DNA from: Ramazzottius varieornatus
Taxonomy: Eukaryota; Animalia; Tardigrada
Length of the DNA: 64,000 nt
Direction of reading: 5' to 3'
Assembly (NCBI GenBank): GCA_001949185.1
Contig: BDGG01000005.1
Span: forward strand, 2,097,249 to 2,161,248
Shown: in pieces, positions 36,005 through 46,150 of the stretch
Layout of the letters: every line of letters begins with the position of its first letter
Numbering within the stretch: position 1 is the first letter of the stretch
Notes under the pieces: generated by a model
The model's database searches: none
Told to the model about the DNA's origin: nothing
The model's input: the letters and a program-made list of their open reading frames with translations, nothing else
Translations under genes and position numbers: made by a program

Positions 36005-38947
36005 TCAAGCTTGCTGCTTCTTTTTTGCTGCTGCCATGGACATTCCTGCAAGAAGAGACGTCAAGTGCACACAAAATAAAATCATCGTCATATACAACAA
36101 CGGAGTGTAAAAGTTCACTGTACTTTGATAGTGCTTACGGAGGAGATCTCGAGGAGTATGGACATAGTGGTTCTTCAGCGCTTCCTCGTCCGGGTCTTTG
36201 CGTAAGCTTGGACAAGGAAGGTGCTTGCGAACCCACTGGGTCCAATTAATGGGAAGCAAAGCCAGACAGAAGCCGACGGAGATCAATATGAAGCCTGTGA
36301 TCTCAATGGGACGGAAAACGACGTGTCGTACGAAATGGTCCACAACTGTAAAAAGAAAACTGTTATAAATTCCTGAGTTCAAGTGGCCAAAGCTTCTGAT
36401 TAGCACCCGTTGAGGAAACTCACGTCCGTTCAGAGGAAGGGCCAGCGCTATTCCCAGCGTAATGAAGACTGTGTGTGTCAAGTCCATCCCGTAGTTCAAA
36501 AGAACGTTAGTCGCTGTTTCGCCAAAGAAAGAGAAGCATAGATATAATAACGAGCCATGATTAAGCCTTGTAAAAATAAAGTTACCAAATTGCAATGCGG
36601 TACTTCCGCAGACCCAGTGCCATGGAATCTGGTCCCATTCCCAGTGCTCGACCTTTGTTAGGTATAGCGCAAGTGCAACTGGCCAAAGGAACACCAGATT
36701 AAAAACCCCTATGCCGGATAGCAGTAAGGAGATTTGCCCGTAGTTGGCGTCACAGATTAATCTTTTGAAAATGACCTGCGAAGTAGAGTGTGTTTATAAT
36801 CATGAGAAATTATACCAGAGCAGTAAGAAGTGAGATGTAAACACGAACTTGATACATGGCTGATCCAACCGAGGTCCCCACTCCCAGGAGGACTCCAGTC
36901 AGGCTAGGGTTGTCCCACAGGAAACCGTCAACGTAGCTCATAATAATGATGCCGGCCAAGGAAAAGATTGACGCGAATAACTGGAAAGGAAATGCGTGGT
37001 CACGAGGAGGGTACTTGGTCATCGACTGAGACGTTTCTCAGTAATTCACGAACCTTAGTTCCTTCGAATCTTTCGTGAAGAATAGTCCACGAGAAAAAGA
37101 AGACGAATGCTGGAGCGGAAGATAACAACGCTGATACGTCCGTTGCGGACAGGATGCGCAAAGCGAAGCAATAGCAGTATAAGGTGGCCGTCCAAATGAC
37201 GGTGAAGCAACCAGTCCGGAAGAGTGTGGTCAGGACGTTGAAGTTTTCGCTTCCGTAAATCTTCCATGCCGCCCTGGAAAAAAAACCAGCCAGGAAAATT
37301 TGTGCATACCAGCACCAGTATGCCGTAGGACAAGGGAGAAGGAGCCATGTAGTACACTGTACCTGGCAGCGGGTCGATGGTCTTTATTATGGAGTTTTCC
37401 GTTGATCCATATCAGGAGGAAGTATATTGGATAGCACATTATCAACCAAGTCGTGCTGAACCTGTACAGAGGGAAATAGGCGAGTGTAAAATGTTGACAA
37501 CTTAATTGATGATCCGGACGATGGTTTCCCACCATATTAGAAGGAATGCAGCGTTGAAGTTCTTCTGTGCCAGAGTTTCCTGCACGACTTGCGTCGCTGC
37601 GGCTGCGGTAAGAGCTAAGGTGGCAGAGAAGAGAAGGCCATAGGCCAGTCTTTTGGTCCACCATCCTTCCGGTTGCTTCGGACGGCGATGTGGTACGTTC
37701 GCGAGCTTGTTGAGTTCGTCGACCGAAGGAGAATCGGTAGGAAGATCTGCAAGCGCCAGAATAATCTAGTTGAGGTGGCAGCAACGTTCCGCTCAAAACT
37801 TCTTTTTGAATCGCGGGAATTCTTACTCGGGAGAAGTGCGAAGTAGCTGTAGTTGTAATCCATGGGTAAGAAAGACTATGATTCCAACAGTCTGTAGAGT
37901 GAAAAATTACAACATATGAAACGAAGCACCAAGAAGTGCCCAAGAAGTGACGGTGAGGAAGCTGCCGGTGTCTGTCCTCGTTACGGGGCAAATGCCATCC
38001 GAGGCTGGATCTCCAAGAACCCTCCAGCATGAAGCCAAACGTTACATCTAAACTATACGGGGAAAGAATGCGAATGTTTACAGTAGGAAATCCGCTAATA
38101 TAAACACCACGCTCTGCGTTCGGCGAGCGGGATCAGCAGGCGAGATGAAAGCTAAACGACATGCAGTGAAATCAAACATCACCTACTTTGTACCCGATAT
38201 TCCGACAGTACTGGATCCGAGTGGATCGATCTTGCGTCTCTTGTTCTCTTGAAGAGCCACAGTGCTACAAGATATTTTTGGGGCCCAGCCGGACCAACCC
38301 TCTTGTGCTCGTGTACACTCCGATCAATCGATATGCGGCACACTGCCTGGTTGTCCATCCTCGTGTTTTCCTCTAGCCTGTTCTTTGTTTCCGCTGACGT
38401 ACTCTCACGCGGAACCCACTGCACCGATTTGCGTTGCAGGGCAAAACAATAGGAGCACGACAGTGAAACTTGCCACTTCGTATTCGTGATTACGTGGTTC
38501 TCTGAGCCCCTGACCATGGACTACCGCCGGATGAGTCAGTCGTTCTTCGAGCCTAAATGATGAGAGTTCGGTGTTCGTAACCCAGGTGAGACTGAAGAGC
38601 AAGAGCCGCACCTCTGCAGAAGTAGAACCGGTTCTTGAGACCGGAACACACCTACATTTTTATTCACTCATCAATTTCTCGAGTTTTTTCGGCGCCATCT
38701 GGAGCCACACCTTTGACTCACAAACTCGTGTTTTACGGATGGGCTGGCTTTCGATACGGTCGACCAATTACCAGCATGGTTCTCTAACGCATTGCCTATG
38801 ACGCAACATCTCCCCCTGTCTGTGGTACGGTTGATTTTGACTGCGCTTTGAAGCTGATTGACGACGTCGTTAACTTACCTGATGGAAAATCCTTGTTGTG
38901 GTTTTTCGTTTCGTTCTCTTCATTTGCGAATTCCGATCTCCATCCAT
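36005..38947 (-). CDS. SLC35F3: SLC35F3/F4-like DMT-family transporter, multi-exon
   Basis: FSTTWLIMCYPIYFL, LFASIFSLAGIIIMSYVDG, GSAMYQV-FKRL...ANYGQISLLLSGIG and NVLLNYG...FITLG...LPLN. Start position approximate. Confidence 0.8.
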
Positions 38948-39067
38948 ATTACTGTGAACAACTTTTCTCTATGAAGTTTGCTAGACAATCCGCTCAACGG
39001 GGAAGCTCGTGATAGGTCCTTGCTACTAGAAAGTCATCCTTAACTCTTTGGAATCACGCGCGGAGAG

Positions 39068-40294
39068 ATGGACAGCGTTCTCAAGTTCGCTCTTCTCACG
39101 GTACGTACGGCTCTCCAGATTCCTTGTGTGGCTCCGAGAGATCGTTTAAAGAATATTATTTAATTTAGTATACACGAGCTCATCTAAAAAGGAGGATGTT
39201 TAACTGTTTTTGTTTCAGATTATTTTTGACAGCGCTCGCGCCCAGCTGATCCCCTTCAGTGTCTTCTCTACGAACAACAACAACCAAAGCTCTCCTCTCC
39301 AAATCGAGGTGCTGCTGCTTAGGTTCGACAACCCCAATGGGATAGTCTATTCAGGAAAGAAATGCGACTTTTTCGCTTGGGGATGCGACATCAGCGCCTT
39401 CGGATACATCGACGTGTAAGACGCTTAAACTTGAACTTAATCTACGGCGTGCACTATACGTAATCCGCTTGAGAGGTTGCACGTAAAGTACACCTTGTAT
39501 TTGTCTTATTTGTCTTACAGTACACGTCCTTACGATGAATGGCCCGGTGAGCGGGACATGCGGGGATCGGATCACTTTTGGTACAAGTCTGAAGAGAGCT
39601 CTCCACGATTCAACAGAATGTTCACCCTAACGCTTTGCGACCCAAAAGCGTTCTCGGTACGTTTCTATTCCGGGAAAGAGATTTGCTGTTGTGCTCAGAA
39701 AGTTACCTTTCAGGCTGGAAACCTGCGCGTGCACATGATGGATATTGACGGGTAAGTGTAATATTAGACACAACTTCCGGCATTTTCGATTCTGAGTCAT
39801 GACTTTAAGTTTTCAACACGGGGAACTCGAATGAACTGGTTTTGTTCTGCAGAGGTCTACGCGGCGCCGACGATTTGTAAGTTATCTTTCATAACTTTGG
39901 GGTATTACATTATGCAGACTGACATTTCGGTTGAAGAATTTATGATGTGGTTTATCTTACAGCATCAACAACTTTAACTGCATCTTCTCGAAGCCTGGTG
40001 TGATTTCTTCTAATGAGCAAAGTGCTCCGTGGTCCCGAGAGATGTAAGTGCATCCTACTTCTTCGATCATTACGATGAAATCTTCTCATGAACTTCAAAG
40101 GTGTTATCCGCAGGACTTGCGATGCCATGTACCTTCAGCCTATGATGAGGTTAGTCAGTTGGTAATGAAGAGCTGGTGGCACTCTAGAATCAGGCATACG
40201 GGAAATACCGTCATCAAGTCTGTGTTGTTTCTTTTCTAGCATGTACTTCAAGTACAGGATGTTCTACCAGCCTAACTCGTGGGCCTGCAAGTAA
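39068..40294 (+). CDS. Secreted stand-alone C2/MNNL-like domain protein, paralog 4 (8 short exons)
   Basis: MDSVLKFALLT-IIFDSARA signal, then LQIEVLLLRFDNPNGIVYSGKKCDFFAWGCDISAFGYIDV-TRPYDEWPG...TLCDPKAFS-AGNLRVHMMDIDG-GLRGADDL-INNFNC...WSREM-TCDA...-MYFKYRMFYQPNSWACK*. Confidence 0.78.
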
Positions 40295-40742
40295 TCAGGG
40301 CTTCCACTGTTTACAGTATCTATGTTTTGAACTTCATAGTTTGAGAGGCTCAGGTACGATTTTTGCAGTTCTTTTGCCGGTTTTTGTGGTGCACATTGGT
40401 ATAGTATAGGCTTGTCTTTTTCTTTTCTGCCGGGAAGAGCCCGCTCGAATATCTTCTTCCAGCATTTTGCGTCTGTTTTTCTCTGCTGATTACGTGTGAT
40501 CTCTGTGTGCTACGTAAATCAAAACAGCTTGTACAGGACTGCGTGATGTCGGGGCGCGATGCGAAGGACAAAGGTTAAAACGACGCTTGGCACGTGTGCT
40601 GGTTTCTCAGCCGAAAACACTTTCAGAAGTGTGAATACACCCGAATCAACACTGGTTAATTCTGATGAAAAGTACAAGCATCAAATGATTAGGCAAGTGA
40701 TTTCTCCGAGCGCCGTATTTTCAACTCCCAAGGCGCACAAAG

Positions 40743-41922
40743 ATGTTGCATTGTGATCTTGTGAGGCTCCTTATGGCCCTGTCGACAGCCGTATGCTTAT
40801 ACGCCCAGGAAAACCCAAACCACACCTCCAATCTGACTGAACGGTATCGAGTGGAAGTTGAACTGCTTCGGCTGGAGAATCCCAACGGTAAGCTTTTTTT
40901 TAATCGAAGACCTTGAGACCCATCGACGGAGGTCTCTTGTCGTAACTGTTCGCCATGCTCCACAGGTATCAGTCTAGATGGACAGGCTTGCGATCCATTG
41001 AGCCTTGGATGCAACACGAAAATCTCGGCTTATCTGGATACGTAAGTAACAGGAAGTACCGAAAGACTTATTAGACCTTCTCGAAGACTTGGCAAAGAGA
41101 AGCGTCCGCAAACGATTCGGAATCAAGCCCAGGATAAAAAGGCATTCGAGCGATGTGCGCTTGTCAACCTACTGGCTGCGTATGCTTTTTAGGGATCTGT
41201 TTTCACCATGGCCCGGAAGTCGCGAAATAACGCAAGAAGATCTGTAAGACATATTAAACGTCTGCTTCCTATATTCTTGCGTCTGCTTACCGACAGTAGC
41301 ATGCACTTCCGGGTTGTGGAACTTCAACTTACCTCCTTACTTGTAGGATTTTCGAGGCTGCCGAGCCTTCCCCCACCTCCATGGACGTTAATACAAAAAT
41401 CGTCAACCAGGTCTGCGCTCCTTCCTTCCAGGTACTATCGGTTACTTTGAAGGTTGAACCAACCAAACGAGTGAAAACAGGCTTTGAATGGACACGAATC
41501 CTGGTCCTCCTTCTGACACACAGGGTTTCAACCTGCGCGTGGAAGTGAAAGACGAAGACAAGTTAGTGGTCAGTAAAGACGCCCGCTGTTTCAAGAGTTT
41601 TATCTGGCGGTGTTGGAAACAAACCATTTTCCGGCAGCTTTTCAGAGGACAAGATGACATAATTTCCGCCTTTAACTGTCTGTACAACGAACCACCTGCC
41701 GACAGCGAAGAACTCTCACAGTGGTCCAACAGCACTTTCTGCCAGCAAGTCACCATTCAGCCGAGCATTTCGTGAGTACCTCGACTCCCCACCAAACCTA
41801 GCTTGTGTACGATGTAGACCGCCAAAGTCGTTACTTTCAGACTGTCATTTCGAGCTCGAGCATTCCGCGAAGCAGGAGACACGTCGTGCGCACTCGAAGA
41901 AGCGAACCCTACAACGAGCTGA
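40743..41922 (+). CDS. Secreted stand-alone C2/MNNL-like domain protein, paralog 5 (7 exons)
   Basis: MLHCDLVRLLMALSTAVCLYA signal, then YRVEVELLRLENPNG-ISLDGQACDPLSLGCNTKISAYLDT-DLFSPWPG...VCAPSFQ-GFNLRVEVKDEDK-GQDDIISAFNC...WSNSTFC...-LSFRARAFREAGDTSC...*. Confidence 0.78.
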
Positions 41923-42242
41923 AATGAAGCCTCTCCACCTCCAGAAAGTTTTTTGTTACTTTAGTGTCCTAAAGATTTATCAAATATTGTACAAAATGAG
42001 ATGCTCCTCATCAACTATTCTAACGAGGACTACCATCTATTAAACAGTAAGGTGAGCTTGCTACTGCAGCTGAAGTGAATCAACTGAACCACAGTAATAC
42101 TTCCTGGATAAAACGCTAACAAGTAAGGCCACGATAAAAATAAAACGAGTACGAGTCGTACATACTATCCCACTACCCATAACAACATGGCCCAAGAGTA
42201 CTTTTGTACAAAAACGAGACCAATCAGACGACTATTTAGTAT

Positions 42243-42800
42243 CTACATTTGACCTCGAGTAGTGCTAGAACTGGTCGGGTAGCTTCCTTCTTCTACGATC
42301 TTCGGAGTTAGTTTATGATACAGCGGATGACTGGAGTCCAACGAGCGCTGACTGATCACCTTCTGGCGTTTCTTTTTGTCATACTGCCAGTCCAGATCGA
42401 AGCCTGACCCGTTCTTTCTCGCCATCGAATTAAGATCGATCCTCAGCTTGTTCCCGTGAGCTTTGTCGAAGCTTTCGGGTTTGGTGGCAGGTGTTACCTT
42501 CTTCTTGTAGTCCCCGCCGAACGTCATCGGCTGCATACCGTCTCCTGGATCTGAATAGCCACCTTCTAAGCTGGACGAGTACGGGCTATAGGAGTAACAC
42601 GAGCTTTCGGAGTTGTGACGGTAGCGTTGAGACTGAGCGGACAGGCTGGAGGTTCGGTAACGCTGTGAGGCGCTACGTTGTCGTCCAGCAGGAGAGCTGG
42701 GATCGATGTGAGGGGATGATGTGCTAGGAGCGGACCTTTGTCGTTGTGCAGTATGATGAGTCGTGGCTTGGCCATGCTCGCGACTTTCGTGATTCCCCAT
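42243..42800 (-). CDS. Ser/Arg-rich protein with a possible N-myristoylation start (MGNHES)
   Basis: 185-aa open frame starting M-G-x-x-x-S, with multiple RxRxxS motifs (RQRSAPS, RQRSASQ, RYRTSS, RYRHNS). Confidence 0.6.
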   Translation of the reverse strand: MGNHESREHGQATTHHTAQRQRSAPSTSSPHIDPSSPAGRQRSASQRYRTSSLSAQSQRYRHNSESSCYSYSPYSSSLEGGYSDPGDGMQPMTFGGDYKKKVTPATKPESFDKAHGNKLRIDLNSMARKNGSGFDLDWQYDKKKRQKVISQRSLDSSHPLYHKLTPKIVEEGSYPTSSSTTRGQM

Positions 42801-43664
42801 GTTGACGGTGAAGATTTCTGCAGAAACAAGCTCAACTTCAAACCACATCTGGACAACATTACCGCCTGATTTCACAGGCTGGATTCTTCCACTAGACTTT
42901 CAGAAGCCCGGCGATCACAAAACTCAACAGAAGTAGAATATCAAACATCCAACGATCAACAGGTGATTAAAAAAGAGGCTGCAAGCTCCATCTTTCGGAT
43001 CATTTCCTTAAAAGTTACAGTTTGACCGATCAATCGCGTTGTTCGATTGATTATTTAATCATTTTGGAACAATGGTTAGGGTCAGTAAATACGTTCTTTT
43101 TGATTGCAAGGAGAAAAACGACCTTGCGAGCTGAAGCAGATGACTTACTTGGAATATGATGATAGCGGAGCGATGATGAAAGCTCCAAGGAGATGCAAAC
43201 GTCTCAAAAAGGCCTGCAACGGAAAGATACTCGTAAAGTAAAGCACCCGTAACGAGGCCCGACGTCACGTAATTCACAGCTGATTTCTTTGTGCTTACCG
43301 CATAGTTTTCCTTGTCAAACCTGTTTTGGAACCTCGAGCTGCACCAAAAGTGCAGAGCTGACAGAAACGTACAAACGTTTTAGAGGGTAGAAGCTGATGG
43401 GAATCTCGAAAAACAACCTTATCGATCGGCGTGGTCAGTCGAAATTCGAAATTCAGAATTTGAAAGCCCACTCCACACGTGACATGGTCAAGGCCGAAAA
43501 GCACAACAAAGAGAGAATAACCCTGGGGCTATTCGTGACCCCGTTGGCAAAGGCGGGAATATCAAAATAGTTTCCGGTCCAGCTGAAGTATTTTGGGTAT
43601 AAACCCTCAGCTAGTCAGCTGCTGAGCCATCCATTTTCACTTGTCCTAATTGAACTACGGTAGT

Positions 43665-43745
43665 ATAGAGATTGCGAGCGAAAGCGTCGTATGGAAAACG
43701 TCATATGTAAATATTGTGCGACTCTTTTAACACACAGGGCTACGA
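43665..43745. mobile_element. Truncated inverted copy of the MITE at 45594-45775
   Basis: gagattgcgagcgaaagcg...catatgtaaatattgtgcgactcttttaacacacag is the reverse complement of the right TIR and interior of that element. Confidence 0.6.
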
Positions 43746-44330
43746 GACGAACTTATTCCTTTGATGTCACGATGTTCCTAGGAAGGAAGGAAATTCATTA
43801 GCCTCGACAATCTAGTAAACGACCTCCTCGATGTTGAGAGGATCAAAGTTTACTCAGCACAGCGATGGAAAGTGTAACCAAAACAGAGTCAAACGGTTGA
43901 TTAGGGAAGAGTATCGTTATAAAGATCAATTCTTCAAGTCCAAGGTAACAGTTTAGATCCGTTCAGCAAGCCAGCAAGTGAGACTAAAGGAAACTTTACA
44001 ACACACAGCGAAAACATTTGGTTAGCCCTTCGGTTCATAGTTATAGTCCGAACTTCCAAGGTGTGATGTTGATTTTGGACGTCCAGTTCTCGGCTTTCAG
44101 GACAAGGTCGCATCGCTCGCGTGGACTCCAATGCGACCGACAGTGGGAGACTTAGTATCGCCAGAGCCGACAGGAACTATCCGGACGAAGCAAGGATTTA
44201 CTCCAATGCTTTGCAGGTACTGTAATCTTTCAGCTGTTCAGCGATTACGTGTCTCAGGACACCCCGAATGGCGAAGTCACGACCCGGCGGCTCCATGGCT
44301 CGCAGCGGGTTGGCTGTTATACTTCCTTCA

Positions 44331-44856
44331 TCAGCCTTCTTCATACCTCACAACAACACGGGTTGATTTCCGCAAGACAGTAGGAATCTTGGATGGTTGG
44401 GATCTTCGCGCTGTGACGGCAGCAAGTATTGGAACTATGACAGGCTTGTCTGGGGACATGACTGGCGTTGCGGCGACGGTAGCCTGGACCATAATGGGGA
44501 CACTACACGTAGTGGCAGGAGGCTCATATGGCGGGAAAGGCAGCCGTTGGGGGACGTTCTCCAGCCATGACAGTCTCCCCAAGATGGTATCCTGGCTTAC
44601 CTGCACAGCTTTGACGGTGTTAATCTGTTGATCTGATCTGTTCAGCTTGGCGTCCAAGCTGAAGAAGCTGCTGTTCCGTGGGCTGGTTGTAAGTCGGCCA
44701 TATGTGCAATGACGGGAGGTTGTACCTCGCCTTGCACTCTGCCAGCGCGGTGCTGTATCTTTCCAGAAGCTCGTCGTAGGTTCCGGAGAAAGGCAGAAGC
44801 ATAGATGTCAGCTTCTTTACCAGCTCTTCTTTCTATGGGTTAGATGGATCCGCCAT
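44331..44856 (-). pseudogene. Disrupted ORF of unknown origin
   Basis: MADPSNP*KEELVKKLTSMLLPFSGTYDELLERY... with an early stop, then a frame change into QINTVKAVQVSQDTILGRLSWLE. No family recognised. Confidence 0.3.
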
Positions 44857-44955
44857 AACAGACAGATAACGGTTGATTATTGATCGATCAAAACGGTACG
44901 GAGATAAAGTAATCTAAATCACGTTCTGACGCACTATCCACTATGGATTCCCATC

Positions 44956-45561
44956 TAGTGCTGGGATAACTACGATAAAATATGACGTTTTCGATATCAA
45001 CCACGTATCGATTTTTCGATATGATACGTCTGATGTTTTATTGTTGATATATCGAATTTTATTGCAGCCAGTTATTGATATATCAAGCCAGTGCCCTGTT
45101 GAAAACTATCGAAATCAAGGAAGAGCCAAAGAGAAACCAAACGGCTGTCGTTCACTACCTTCGAGTCCGAACAAAAGTCAGATGTCTTCGTGTACGCGGA
45201 TGTGTTCGTTGCTCAATCTATCATGGTCTGTCGTTACGCACCGAGGTACGCTGACTGTTCACATCTTCGAAGTCAGCTTGGATGCATGTGCGCGATGCAT
45301 TACGGACGAGGCTGCACTGCGTGCGCGGTACCGAACCGGAGTATTGACTTCCGAAGTTCCGATTCTCAAGTACGGGTTTGCGATTTATCGATAAATCAGA
45401 AATATATCGATGTACCGCGATATGATATTTCCATTTATCATATTCCGGTCAGCGATATTCCGTCCATATCGATAGTTCGATATGATATTTTTATCATATC
45501 GAATCACTGTGATGTGATATATTTCGATAAGATACGATATATCATATTCATCCCAGCACTG
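44956..45561. mobile_element. hAT-type non-autonomous element (606 bp)
   Basis: TIRs tagtgctgggat / atcccagcactg, an 8-bp TSD ttcccatc / ttcccacc with one mismatch, and dense subterminal CGATA/TATCG repeats. Confidence 0.85.
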
Positions 45562-45593
45562 TTCCCACCTATGCGTATTGAATTATGTCAGTA

Positions 45594-45775
45594 TACAGAC
45601 TGCGAGCGAAAGCGCACTAGCACAATTCAACACGCACAGGAACATGGCGACACCATAGGAGCAAGCTCGCCTCGTGGACTCTGTGTTAAAAGAGTCGCAC
45701 AATGTTTACATATGAAGTCACGAGACCCTGTGCGTATTGAAATGTGCTAGTGCGTTTCCGCTCGCAATCTCTGCA
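45594..45775. mobile_element. MITE with ~45-bp imperfect TIRs
   Basis: cagactgcgagcgaaagcgcactagcacaattcaacacgcacagg ... cctgtgcgtattgaaatgtgctagtgcgtttccgctcgcaatctctg. Confidence 0.75.
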
Positions 45776-46150
45776 GTAACTCTCTTTTCAAATTAAAAGC
45801 TAAAAAAGCACGAGTACATCTTCGGGAATTGGGAATTTGAGATTCAAGGATTCGTTGTTTTCTTTGTGTGATCGCGGAGGATGTCCTCGCATCAGCCTCT
45901 TGGAGAACAGGAGACTGGAATTATGTGATCATCGCTCGATGCCGGCGGGAGGTTCTTCTGTTTGAAATCGGAAGACGGCCATCAACAAGCCTGCGTCAAC
46001 CAGCGATCGTTTTCTGCGAAGAAGTAGACGATGGCCATGCGGTTCCGTTCCTAACGCATCGGCAGTACATTTCAAGCTCGACGGGGAAACAAGCCATATA
46101 AGGGACCGTCGGTGGCATACAACAGAAGCTCTACCACCAAGCTACCCAAG

